Part shown: piece by piece, positions 55,181 through 64,000 of the stretch
How positions within the stretch are numbered: position 1 is the first letter of the stretch
How the letters are laid out: each line of letters opens with the position of its first letter
Source: Vulcanimicrobiota bacterium
GTDB lineage: Bacteria; Vulcanimicrobiota; Vulcanimicrobiia; Eremiobacterales; Eremiobacteraceae
Direction: 5' to 3'
Length of the DNA: 64,000 nucleotides
Assembly: GCA_963805945.1 (NCBI GenBank)
Contig: CAWDVP010000001.1
Coordinates: 192,001-256,000, forward strand
Position numbers and translations under genes: made by a program
The notes under the pieces: generated by a model
What the model was told of the DNA's origin: nothing
What the model saw: only the letters and a program-made list of their open reading frames with translations
Databases searched by the model: none

Positions 55181-56323
55181 ATGAAAACGATGCGCGACGC
55201 GATTCTTCTTCTTTGTATCTGCGCTGCCGCGACGGGCTGCACCACCTCGGGCACCGGCGGCGGCGGCCCAGGTCCCACGCCGACGCCGCCCATCCCCGCG
55301 GGCATCTATTACGTCAACGGCGGGACCTCGCCCAATAAGGTGCCGGCGCTCTCGTCCGCGCCGATCGCGTCGGGGTTGCAGCCCTCGCCCTTGCCCGGCT
55401 CGCCATTCTCCACTAACACGGAGAACGGAGCGGCCGGCGCGCCTTTCGGCATAGCGCTCGCCAAAGGCGGCACCGTGCTCTATGTGGTGAATGACAACGC
55501 TGCGTCGATTTCAGCGTTCCCCGTCAACGCAGATGGGACGTTGAACGCGCCCCTAGCGCCGGCCCCGGCTGGCGGCGTGGGCCCGAACGGCGTATGTGTG
55601 GACCCGCTCAGCCAGTTCGCCGCCGTCGCGAACACCGGAAACTCGAGCGTCGAGTCGTTCACTATCGGCGCGAACGGCGCGCTGACGCAGGCCTCTAATG
55701 TCGCGACCGGCGGACTCAACTCGCCACAGGCCTGCGCGTTCTCGGCGGACAGCAAGTATCTGTACGTCACCAACGGTGCGGGCGCCGGGGGAGTCTCCGG
55801 CTATTCGGTCACTCCCGGGACCGGCGTGCTCGTCGCGCTTGCCGGCTCGCCGTACAACCTCGCGGGTAGCCATCCGTGTCAGGGCATCGCGCTGACGTCG
55901 ACCGCCCTCTTCGCCACCAACTTCGCGGAGAACCAGATCACCGCGTTCCTCATCCCCGGCACCGGCCAACTGCAATCGCCCACGCCTTTCGGCACGGCAA
56001 TCTCGCCGTCGAGCCTCGCGGCCACCCCGAATGGCAAGTTTCTGTATGTGGCCAACCCCGGTGCGCAAGCAGTGGACGGCTATGCGGTCAACGGCTTCGC
56101 GCTCACGCGCCTCGCCGGTGCCCCGTTTCCGACGCAAGCCACCAAGACCGCGATGGTCGCGATCAATTCCGCCGGCACGCTGCTCGCCGCGCTCGACGAA
56201 CAGGCGCCCGGCGTGACGTTGTTCGCCGTGAAAAGCGACGGGACGCTCGGCTTCGCGCCGCAGAACGAGTACGGTCTGCCGGCTCTGGCCGGCCAGAACC
56301 CGATGGCGATCGTCGTGCGCTAA
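55181..56323 (+). CDS. Lactonase-like beta-propeller lipoprotein
   Basis: Lipobox ATGC; repeated GSPF / P.GKFLYVAN blades. Confidence 0.82.
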   Translation: MKTMRDAILLLCICAAATGCTTSGTGGGGPGPTPTPPIPAGIYYVNGGTSPNKVPALSSAPIASGLQPSPLPGSPFSTNTENGAAGAPFGIALAKGGTVLYVVNDNAASISAFPVNADGTLNAPLAPAPAGGVGPNGVCVDPLSQFAAVANTGNSSVESFTIGANGALTQASNVATGGLNSPQACAFSADSKYLYVTNGAGAGGVSGYSVTPGTGVLVALAGSPYNLAGSHPCQGIALTSTALFATNFAENQITAFLIPGTGQLQSPTPFGTAISPSSLAATPNGKFLYVANPGAQAVDGYAVNGFALTRLAGAPFPTQATKTAMVAINSAGTLLAALDEQAPGVTLFAVKSDGTLGFAPQNEYGLPALAGQNPMAIVVR

Positions 56324-56328
56324 AGCGC

Positions 56329-56356
56329 TTATCCACAGCGCTCGCACTTATGCACA
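56329..56356 (+). promoter_or_regulatory. Two tandem DnaA-box-like 9-mers
   Basis: TTATCCACA (56329) and TTATGCACA (56348). Confidence 0.45.
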
Positions 56357-56483
56357 GCCCGACGCTGGGCCAACATAACCGCGTCCGCCTTCAACCAAAG
56401 TCGAAAAGCGCGCCGGCCGCCGATGCGAAGCTCATCTCCCGGGATCAATCGATTCCGGTTTTTCTTTTTCAAGGAGGGGAAAC

Positions 56484-57932
56484 GTGCCGCCACGCGCATC
56501 GGCCAAGAGCGCGCTCGACTTCGCCAAGAAGCACGGCGCCAAGATCATCGATTTCAAGTTCATCGATCTGCCTGGGATGTGGCAGCACACCTCGGTGCCG
56601 GCTGATCAGCTCGACGATGCCACGTTCGAGCACGGCATCGGCTTCGACGGTTCGAGCATCCGCGGTTTCCAGGAGATCCAGGAGAGCGACATGGTGCTGC
56701 TCCCGGATCCCGAGAGCGCGCGGCTGGACACGTTCTGCGCCATCCCGACCGTCTCGTTCGTCTGCGACGTCTTCGACCCGCGCGAGCAGGCGCTCTACGA
56801 CCGCGATCCGCGCAACATCGCCAAGCGCGCGCAGGCGTATCTGAAGAAGAGCGGCATCGGCGACACCGCGTACTTCGGCCCCGAGCTCGAGTTCTACATC
56901 TTCGACCACGTGAGCTACGACAATCTCCCCTACATGAGCGGCTACGCCATCGATTCCGAAGAAGCGCATTGGAACTCGGGCGCCAACGACGAGCCGAACC
57001 TGGGCTACTCGCTGCGCCCCAAGGAAGGCTACTTCCCCGTCCAGCCGTCCGACAAGCTCATGGACATCCGCTCGGAGATGGTGCTCACGCTCAAGGAATG
57101 GGGCGTGCCCGTCGAGATGCATCACCACGAGGTCGCGACCGCCGGCCAGACCGAGATCGACATCCGCTACAACACGCTGCTGCAGCAAGCCGATAACGTC
57201 ATGATCTACAAGTACGTGACGCGCAACGTGGCCCGCCGCCACGGCAAGACGGTGACCTTCATGCCGAAACCGCTCTTCGGCGACAACGGTTCGGGCATGC
57301 ATGTGCACCAGAGCATCTGGAAAGCCGGCAAGAACCTGTTCTACGACGAGAAGGGCTACGCCGAGGTTTCCAAGACCGCGTTGTACTACATCGGCGGCCT
57401 GCTCACGCACATCGACGCGCTGCTCGCGTTGTGCGCGCCGACCACGAACTCGTACAAGCGGCTCGTGCCGCACTACGAGGCGCCGGTCAACGTGGCGTTC
57501 TCCAAGGGCAACCGTTCCGCGGCGGTGCGCATCCCCATCTTCTTCAAAGGCCCGCGCTTCGCGAAGTCCAAGCGCATCGAATTCCGACCGCCGGATCCGA
57601 CCGCCAATCCGTATCTCGCGTTCTCGGCGCTGCTCATGGCCGGTCTCGACGGCATCAAGCGCAAGATCGACCCCACCAAGGCCGGCTTCGGGCCGCTCGA
57701 CAAGAACATCTACGAGCTTCCCGCGAGCGAGGCGCGCCGCATCAAGTCGGTGCCCGGCAGTCTGGACGCCACGCTGAGCGCGCTCGAGCGCGATCACGAC
57801 TTCTTGACCGCAGGCGGCGTCTTCTCCGAGAGCCTCATCGAGACGTGGATCGACTACAAGCGGGTGAAGGAGCTGCAAGAAGTCCGCATCCGCCCGACGC
57901 CGTACGAGTACTACCTCTACTACGACCTGTGA
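56484..57932 (+). CDS. glnA: Type I glutamine synthetase
   Basis: FDGSSIRGF, HHHEVATAGQ, FMPKP..DNGSGMH, NSYKRLVP.YEAP, NRSA, DKNIYEL adenylylation loop. Confidence 0.97.
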   Translation: MPPRASAKSALDFAKKHGAKIIDFKFIDLPGMWQHTSVPADQLDDATFEHGIGFDGSSIRGFQEIQESDMVLLPDPESARLDTFCAIPTVSFVCDVFDPREQALYDRDPRNIAKRAQAYLKKSGIGDTAYFGPELEFYIFDHVSYDNLPYMSGYAIDSEEAHWNSGANDEPNLGYSLRPKEGYFPVQPSDKLMDIRSEMVLTLKEWGVPVEMHHHEVATAGQTEIDIRYNTLLQQADNVMIYKYVTRNVARRHGKTVTFMPKPLFGDNGSGMHVHQSIWKAGKNLFYDEKGYAEVSKTALYYIGGLLTHIDALLALCAPTTNSYKRLVPHYEAPVNVAFSKGNRSAAVRIPIFFKGPRFAKSKRIEFRPPDPTANPYLAFSALLMAGLDGIKRKIDPTKAGFGPLDKNIYELPASEARRIKSVPGSLDATLSALERDHDFLTAGGVFSESLIETWIDYKRVKELQEVRIRPTPYEYYLYYDL

Positions 57933-57941
57933 TCGTTATAG

Positions 57942-57983
57942 CGGCCGAATTCATTCGACCGTAGTGCCCGATCGCAACTCGGG
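57942..57983. repeat. Abutting family B and degenerate family C REPs
   Basis: CGGCCGAATTCATTCGACCG then GTAGTGCCCGATCGCAACTCGGG. Confidence 0.65.
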
Positions 57984-58434
57984 TCTCGACGGACCCGTCA
58001 CGTTCCGGGGCGCGCGGCCTGACGATCGCGATGCGGTGGTCGCGCTCGTCTTCACCACCCTGCGGGCGTTCGGCATCGAACCGGAACCCGAAGGGCTCGA
58101 TGCCGATGCGATGGAGTTCGGCAGCCCGGACGATGCGGCGGCGGAATTCGTGGCGGAATGCGACGGGCGCGTCGTGGGGTCGATCGCGCTGCGCGATCGC
58201 GGCGACGGAACCGGCCACATCTCGAAGCTGTTCGTCGACCAGTCGCTCCGCGGCAAGAGCATCGGCCGGACGCTGCTCGAGCGTGCCGTGCAGGAGGCGC
58301 GGCGCAGAGGCTTGCGCACGCTCGACTTGGAGACCCGCGCCCAGTTCGAAGCAGCGCTTCGACTGTATGAATCCACCGGTTGGAAGCGCGGACACCCGAC
58401 CCCACGAACTTGTGCGACCGCACGTACCTGCTGA
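57964..58434 (+). CDS. GNAT acetyltransferase
   Basis: KLFVD..RGKSIGR.LL, ALRLYESTGW. Confidence 0.88.
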   Translation: MPDRNSGLDGPVTFRGARPDDRDAVVALVFTTLRAFGIEPEPEGLDADAMEFGSPDDAAAEFVAECDGRVVGSIALRDRGDGTGHISKLFVDQSLRGKSIGRTLLERAVQEARRRGLRTLDLETRAQFEAALRLYESTGWKRGHPTPRTCATARTC

Positions 58435-58483
58435 CGCTCTAGCGCGGCATGAGACCGGCGCCGCAATCCGCAACCCTAGACCT

Positions 58484-59602
58484 ATGCCGCTGCCCGGACC
58501 CGCCATCACCGCAGGCTCTTTCTACGCCTCTTTTCTCTTCGACGTCGCCGACACGATCGACCTGAAGCGGCTCGGCAGCATCGCGGGTGAGAGCGTCGCG
58601 CCCGCGCCGCTGCGCATGCGCATCACGCCCTCGCCGGAGCACATCCAATTCGCCGTGCCGCCGTTGGCCGCGAATCTCGCTCCCGTCACGGTCGACGGCC
58701 ATCCAGCGACGGTGCGCGCCAAGATCTACGATTACGGCGTCATCTCTGTCCGCTTCGCGTTCCCGTACTCGGGCGAGTGGTCGGGGTTCGCCGGGCTGGC
58801 GAACGGGCTGCGCCGCGGCGATCAGCTCGCCAATGAGGCGCGCCGCCTGCTCGCGGAGATCCTGGCCGACTGCGGCGGCGCGCTCGGCGAGCCCCACGAC
58901 ACGCTGGTCGAGGACTATTTCACCTGCGCGATCGAGGCGCTGACGCAGCCGCTCGACGCCGCGACGCTGCTCACGGAGCGCAAAGCCGCGCTCGTCGGCC
59001 TCATGATGGCGGAGACGCGCGACCTTTCGCCGGACGAGCAGACCGAGGTGCTGCGCCAGCGCTTCAGCTATTTCCCCGAAGATCTGGTGGTCGTGCAATG
59101 GGACTGCGCGTTCGTTCTCGACACGCAGGAGAACGCGTTGGTGCTGCTCGACCTCTTCGAATTCGCCAACTCGCAGCTGGTCGAGTTCCGCACCTACGAC
59201 GCGCAGCTCGACGCCCAGATCGACACGATCTACGGGCTCGACCAGACGCGGCGCTTGCGCATCCGTCCGCTGCACCGGCGCGAGGCCGAACAGCGCGCCG
59301 ACCAGCTCGGCTATCTGCTCGTCGACATCCGGGAGCTGTCCGATCGCGCCAGCAACGCGTTGAAGATCATCGGCGACGCCTACTACGCACGGGTCTACCG
59401 CGCGCTTGCGGCACGGCTCGGCATCGACGTGTGGCAGAGGGAGATCGAGAGCAAGCTCGACAGCGTCGGCGACGTGTACCGCTATCTCATCGACCAGGCG
59501 CAGGCCGCGCGCAGCGAGTTCCTCGAGGTGATCGTCATCGTCCTCATCGCGGTCGAGATCGTCGTCGGCGTGCTCGGCCTGCTGCTCATGGGGCGGCACT
59601 AA
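58484..59602 (+). CDS. RMD1/YagE-like (DUF155-type) membrane protein
   Basis: FDVADTIDL, KIYDYGVIS, KIIGDAYYAR, LEVIVIVLIAVE. Confidence 0.7.
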   Translation: MPLPGPAITAGSFYASFLFDVADTIDLKRLGSIAGESVAPAPLRMRITPSPEHIQFAVPPLAANLAPVTVDGHPATVRAKIYDYGVISVRFAFPYSGEWSGFAGLANGLRRGDQLANEARRLLAEILADCGGALGEPHDTLVEDYFTCAIEALTQPLDAATLLTERKAALVGLMMAETRDLSPDEQTEVLRQRFSYFPEDLVVVQWDCAFVLDTQENALVLLDLFEFANSQLVEFRTYDAQLDAQIDTIYGLDQTRRLRIRPLHRREAEQRADQLGYLLVDIRELSDRASNALKIIGDAYYARVYRALAARLGIDVWQREIESKLDSVGDVYRYLIDQAQAARSEFLEVIVIVLIAVEIVVGVLGLLLMGRH

Positions 59603-59659
59603 GGCCGTAAAGGGCCGGCGGCACGCGGGTCGCGAACCAGCGGCGCAGAGGGCGTCTAT

Positions 59660-61339
59660 ATGAAGCGATTCATGGTCGTGCTCGCGGCAGCGTTCCTTTG
59701 GACGATGCCCGCAGCCGCATTCGCCGACCTCGACACCAACACCGATCCGCCTGCCGGTATCGCGACCACGACATCCGCGCTCGCGGACGTGCTGGCGGCG
59801 AACGTGCGCGCGAGGGGAAAGTCGCTCACTTCGTTCGCAACGCGCATCGAGGAATGGTCGATCGAGACCAACGGCAACGAATCGACCGAGCGCATCGTCT
59901 GGTCCGGCGAAGATTTCAAGCGGGTGGAGAACGGCGGCCCGCTGTCGACGCAGAGCGGCCGGATCGGCGGCGTCAGTTGGGACCACACCGAGAACGGCAT
60001 CACGGTCATCGGCGGCGGCGTCCATCATCAAGGGGAAGCCTTCGACGCATCGCTGCGGGCCGCGCGCGCCGGCACGCCGGGCGATGCGGTCAAGCTGCTG
60101 GGGGAAGTGACGGCGCCGGTGGCCGCCTACGTCGTCGAGGTGCGGCCGTCAGGTTATCCTCCGGCCTGGCTGTTCTTCGACAAGTCGAGCGGCTTGCTGG
60201 TCCGCAGAGAGGATATCTTCGAGGGTGTCCGTTCGACGGCCACCTACGGCGACTTCAAGGCGTTCAGCGGGGCGATCGTCGCGACGACGATCAAGCGCAC
60301 GAACGGCGATTCCAGCTATGATTCGCTGAGCACGCTCACGTCGCTGAAGCTCAACGTGCCGGTGCCGGGTTCGGAGCTCAACATCCCGGCGACGCGCCAG
60401 GGCTTGGTGGAGTTCCCGCCCGGCGTGACCAGCGTCCGTCTGCCCGCGAGCCTCCCGCTTCCCGGCTCAGCGCCCCGACTGATGGATAGGGACTACACCA
60501 TCTCGCGCAGCGCGCTGCGCCGCAGCATCTCGGTCCGCGTGAATATCAACGGCCGCGGGCTCGATTTCATCCTCGACTCCGGCGCGAGCGGCATCCTCAT
60601 CGACAAGGACGTCGCCGACAGCTTAGGGCTCAAGCGCTACGGCGCAAGCGGCCAGGAAGTCCAAGGACACGCGGATGCGTCGCGCGTGGTCGTGCCCGAG
60701 ATGAAGATCGGCGATCTCACGATGAAGAACGTCGTGGCCTACAGCGTGAGCTTCCAAGACCGTCCAGCCGACACCGAGAAAGTCGTCGGGCTGCTCGGTT
60801 TCGATTTCATCGCGAGCGTGGGTCTTAAGGTGGACTGGGACAAAGGCGAGCTGACCGCGTTCGCTCCTGGCACGATGAGCGTGCCGGAGAACGGCATCGC
60901 GGTCCCGATCAATCTCGACGACCGCGTGCCTGATATCAGCGTGTCGGTGGGCGGCGTCAGCAGCGATCACTTCATCCTCGACACCGGCGCCTCGGACGTC
61001 ATCATCTTCCCTCGTTTTGCGGCGCTGCATCGCGCCGAGCTCGTCGATCAAGGTTTCGGCACCACCATTCAACATGTGTTCGGCGACACGTATATCGGCG
61101 TGGTCGGCGGCGCAGCAAAGGTGTATCCGGTCCAGCTCAAGCGCTTCGTCTTCGGCGTCGCTTTCAACAAGTTTCTGGTCTTAGTCGTCGACCCGGACTC
61201 GCAGTTCCAGTTCCAGGACACGGACGGCCTGGTCGGCTGGCCGTTCTTCCATTATTTCAACTTGTACTTCGACTACGCCAACTCGCGCATCGTGCTCGAA
61301 CCAGACGGCGATTTCAAGAAGGCCGCCAAGTCCCCATAA
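59660..61339 (+). CDS. Exported protein with two retropepsin-like aspartyl protease domains
   Basis: FILDSGAS..GLLG and FILDTGAS..GLVG. Confidence 0.88.
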   Translation: MKRFMVVLAAAFLWTMPAAAFADLDTNTDPPAGIATTTSALADVLAANVRARGKSLTSFATRIEEWSIETNGNESTERIVWSGEDFKRVENGGPLSTQSGRIGGVSWDHTENGITVIGGGVHHQGEAFDASLRAARAGTPGDAVKLLGEVTAPVAAYVVEVRPSGYPPAWLFFDKSSGLLVRREDIFEGVRSTATYGDFKAFSGAIVATTIKRTNGDSSYDSLSTLTSLKLNVPVPGSELNIPATRQGLVEFPPGVTSVRLPASLPLPGSAPRLMDRDYTISRSALRRSISVRVNINGRGLDFILDSGASGILIDKDVADSLGLKRYGASGQEVQGHADASRVVVPEMKIGDLTMKNVVAYSVSFQDRPADTEKVVGLLGFDFIASVGLKVDWDKGELTAFAPGTMSVPENGIAVPINLDDRVPDISVSVGGVSSDHFILDTGASDVIIFPRFAALHRAELVDQGFGTTIQHVFGDTYIGVVGGAAKVYPVQLKRFVFGVAFNKFLVLVVDPDSQFQFQDTDGLVGWPFFHYFNLYFDYANSRIVLEPDGDFKKAAKSP

Positions 61340-61390
61340 AGCGCCGGCGCGCCGCAGGGCACCTCGGCCGCCGCGTTCAAACCCCTGCGC

Positions 61391-61495
61391 GTGAAAGAAC
61401 CAGCGAAGCTGTGGCGTCTCCTCCTGCTGCTCGCGGTGGCGATCTTCGCCATCGTGTGGCTCCACCGCTATGCGGTCATGAACGGCGCGCATTGA
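61391..61495 (+). CDS. Small single-TM hypothetical protein (34 aa)
   Basis: MKEPAKLWRLLLLLAVAIFAIVWLHRYAVMNGAH; stop overlaps the TTG start of the next gene. Confidence 0.5.
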   Translation: MKEPAKLWRLLLLLAVAIFAIVWLHRYAVMNGAH

Positions 61496-62826
61496 ACCCG
61501 GATATCTTCAAGAGCTACGACATCCGCGGCATCTACCCGGCTGAGTTCGACGAAGCGACGGCGGAGCGCATCGGCCGTGCCTACGTGCGCTACCTGCAGC
61601 CCGCGACCATCGGCGTCGGGCGCGACATGCGCGTGTCGTCTGAAACGCTGTTCCGAGCCTTCGCGAAAGGCGCCACGGAACAGGGGGCCGATGTGGTCGA
61701 CCTCGGACTCACCTCCACTGACGAGTTCTACTTCGCCATCGGCCACTTCGGCTATCCGGCAGGCGCGATGATCACGGCGTCGCACAATCCCAAGGAGTAC
61801 AATGGGCTGAAGCTGTGCCGCGAGAACGCGATCGCGCTCTCCGGCGAGAGCGGCATCTTCGCCATCCGCGACCTCGCCATGGCAGGCGCGTTCGCGCCCG
61901 CCGCGCGCGCAGGCTCGATCACGGCGCTCGACCCGTTGCCGGCGTTCGTGGAGCACTGCCTGTCCTTCATCGATGTCGCGGCGATCCGGCCGCTGAAGAT
62001 CGCCGTCGACGCAGGCAACGGCATGGCGGGTCACATCGTGCCGGCGGTCTTCAAGCGCCTGCCGGTGGAGCTCATCCCGCTCTACTTCGACCTCGACGGC
62101 TCGTTTCCGAACCATCCGGCCAGCCCGATCGAACCTGAGAACATGGCCGACCTCCAGGCCGCGGTGCGTGCCAACAACGCCGACCTCGGCGCGGCGTTTG
62201 ACGGCGACGCCGACCGCGTCTTCATCACCGACGAGCACGGCGCGCTCATCGGCGGCGATATGGTCACCTCGCTCGTCGCAAAAGAACTGCTCCTCAGCCA
62301 CCCCGGCGCGACGATCCTCTACAATCTGATCTGCTCGCGCAGCGTGCCGGAGATCATCGCCGCCAACGGCGGCGTGCCCGTACGCACGCGCGTCGGCCAC
62401 TCGCACATCAAGGCGATCATGCGCGAGCGCGATGCGGTGTTCGGCGGCGAGCACTCGGGGCATTTCTACTTCCGCGACAACTACTTCGCCGACTCGGGCC
62501 TCATCGCGCTGCTGCTCGTGCTGCAGTTGGTCTCGCGGCAAGACGCGCCGCTGAGCGCATTGCTGCGGCCGCTCGACACGCGCGTGCGCAGCGGCGAGAT
62601 CAACAGCCGGGTGCGCGACAGCGCGGCCACGATGGCGGAGCTCGAACGCCGCTACGCCGACGCGCGAATCGATCATCTCGACGGCGTCACCATCCAGTAC
62701 GACACGTGGTGGGCCAACGTGCGGCCCTCGAACACCGAGCCGCTGCTGCGGCTCAACGTGGAAGCCGACGACGCAGTGACGCTGGCCGCCAAGCGCGACG
62801 AGCTGCTCGCCATCATCCGGTCGTAG
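61492..62826 (+). CDS. Phosphomannomutase/phosphoglucomutase
   Basis: FKSYDIRG, TASHNP, FDGDADR, GEHSGH, RPSNTEP. Confidence 0.95.
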   Translation: MNPDIFKSYDIRGIYPAEFDEATAERIGRAYVRYLQPATIGVGRDMRVSSETLFRAFAKGATEQGADVVDLGLTSTDEFYFAIGHFGYPAGAMITASHNPKEYNGLKLCRENAIALSGESGIFAIRDLAMAGAFAPAARAGSITALDPLPAFVEHCLSFIDVAAIRPLKIAVDAGNGMAGHIVPAVFKRLPVELIPLYFDLDGSFPNHPASPIEPENMADLQAAVRANNADLGAAFDGDADRVFITDEHGALIGGDMVTSLVAKELLLSHPGATILYNLICSRSVPEIIAANGGVPVRTRVGHSHIKAIMRERDAVFGGEHSGHFYFRDNYFADSGLIALLLVLQLVSRQDAPLSALLRPLDTRVRSGEINSRVRDSAATMAELERRYADARIDHLDGVTIQYDTWWANVRPSNTEPLLRLNVEADDAVTLAAKRDELLAIIRS

Positions 62827-62832
62827 CCGTCA

Positions 62833-64000
62833 GTGCTCGGCGCCGACCGCTACCGTGCGCTGTTCTCCAATCGCGCGGTCGCGCTGCTGGTGGCCGCGCT
62901 CGTGTTCTCGCGCATCGGCGACCAGTTCGTCGCCATCGGCCTGCTGTGGGCCACGCTCGAGATCACGCACAGCGCCGCGGCGGCCGGCGTGGTGCTCGCG
63001 GCGTACACCACCGCGCTCATCATCGCCGGCATCGGCGCCGCGTCGCTGCTCGACCGCTACCCGCGCAAGCCGCTCATGCTGCTCGACAACGCCGCGCGCG
63101 CCATCTGCATCGGGGGCTTGGCGTGGGCCGGCATCGCCCACACGCTCACCCTGCCGCTGTTGGTCGGCCTTTCACTGGTCGCGGGTTTCGCCAGCGCGAT
63201 CACCGTCGTCGGCACGCGCGCATATTTGCCGACGCTCGTGCCGGAAGAACTGCTCACCTCGGTGTTCGCCGTCGACTCCACGCTGTACCAGGTGGCGGCC
63301 ATCGCCGGGCCTGCGCTCGCCGGTCTTGTCACCGCGCGCTTCGGCGCGAGCTGGTCGCTGGCAACGGGCGCTGCCTGCTTCGTGCTCTTCGTGCTGGTCG
63401 CCGCGGCGATTCCGGCCGGCGCGCTCGATGAAGGCATCCCGCCTGAGGCGCGCCCGCTCTCGGTGAACGACGAGCTGCTCGGCGCACGCTTCATCCTCAC
63501 CAACCCGGTGCTGCGCGGCGTCACCGCGCTCACCGTCATCGCCAATTTCTTCTTCGGCATCTGCATCGTCGGGCTGGCGTTCCTGAGCAGGGACGTCTTC
63601 GGCCGCGCTGCCGGCGGACAGGGCATCATGCTCACGGCGTTGGCCGTCGGGGCGCTGCTCGCCGGTATCTGGCTCGGCGCCGGACACTGGCACCGTCCGC
63701 GCGGCCTTTCGTTTATCGGCGTGAACGTGCTCATCGGCGTGCTCGCCATCGCGATCGGCCTCGCGCCGACCATCCTCCTCGCCTGCGCCCTGCTCGTGGC
63801 CTTCGGCGCAGCTGACGCGGCGTTCTTCATATGGATGTCGGAGATGCGCCAGCGCACGCCGCCGCCGGAGCTGCTCGCGCGGGTCATCAGCGCTTCGATG
63901 ATCCTCAACGTGGTCTCGGTCCCGTTCGCGAGCGCGGTCACCGGCTTCGCCGTGACCGGCATCGGCGTGCGGCCGATGTTCGTCGTCGCGGGTGCCGCGC
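62833..64000 (+). CDS. MFS transporter (DHA3/MFS_3-like; runs off window edge)
   Basis: Open hydrophobic frame: SRIGDQF, LLDRYPRKPLM, AGPALAG. Confidence 0.85.
   Translation, partial: MLGADRYRALFSNRAVALLVAALVFSRIGDQFVAIGLLWATLEITHSAAAAGVVLAAYTTALIIAGIGAASLLDRYPRKPLMLLDNAARAICIGGLAWAGIAHTLTLPLLVGLSLVAGFASAITVVGTRAYLPTLVPEELLTSVFAVDSTLYQVAAIAGPALAGLVTARFGASWSLATGAACFVLFVLVAAAIPAGALDEGIPPEARPLSVNDELLGARFILTNPVLRGVTALTVIANFFFGICIVGLAFLSRDVFGRAAGGQGIMLTALAVGALLAGIWLGAGHWHRPRGLSFIGVNVLIGVLAIAIGLAPTILLACALLVAFGAADAAFFIWMSEMRQRTPPPELLARVISASMILNVVSVPFASAVTGFAVTGIGVRPMFVVAGAA

Noticed and set aside
56370..56483. Glutamine riboswitch or ANTAR hairpins in the glnA leader
   Set aside because: Could not match the conserved cores by eye; an Rfam search would be needed.

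Overview
High-GC bacterial chromosomal window. It is probably from a long-read assembly: frameshifting indels are dense in about 1-19 kb, sparse in 25-40 kb and essentially absent after about 41 kb, so broken genes are treated as sequence errors, not pseudogenes. The left part holds housekeeping and cofactor genes: tilS, smpB, moeA, pilT, serS, aceB, thiC with a TPP riboswitch, moaA, a Rieske plus cytochrome b-subunit IV-cytochrome c fusion, pilins, msrB, tRNA-Ser and yqeC/mocA. The centre (30-50 kb) is a coherent low-oxygen/dormancy-like island. It starts with an OmpR-family regulator and a sensor-less, Cys-rich histidine kinase, followed by xfp-ackA-usp-nimA-mgtA-pat, usp, hemG, adh, hsp20 and a PRTase. 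It ends with a Cyc2-like cytochrome-porin, a soluble CuA cupredoxin and a ba3-type oxidase. Six promoters in this island share a CTTCA-N6-CTTCA direct repeat 22-23 nt upstream of a TAnnnT -10 box. The right part holds an output-less membrane GAF protein, a candidate glutaredoxin-like selenoprotein with a SECIS-like hairpin, ridA, fpg/nei, glnA, an aspartyl protease, a phosphomannomutase and an MFS transporter. Three families of short GTAG-type REP palindromes are scattered through the window, and one family sits inside coding sequences and inside the TPP riboswitch. All calls come from reading motifs by eye; no searches were run.
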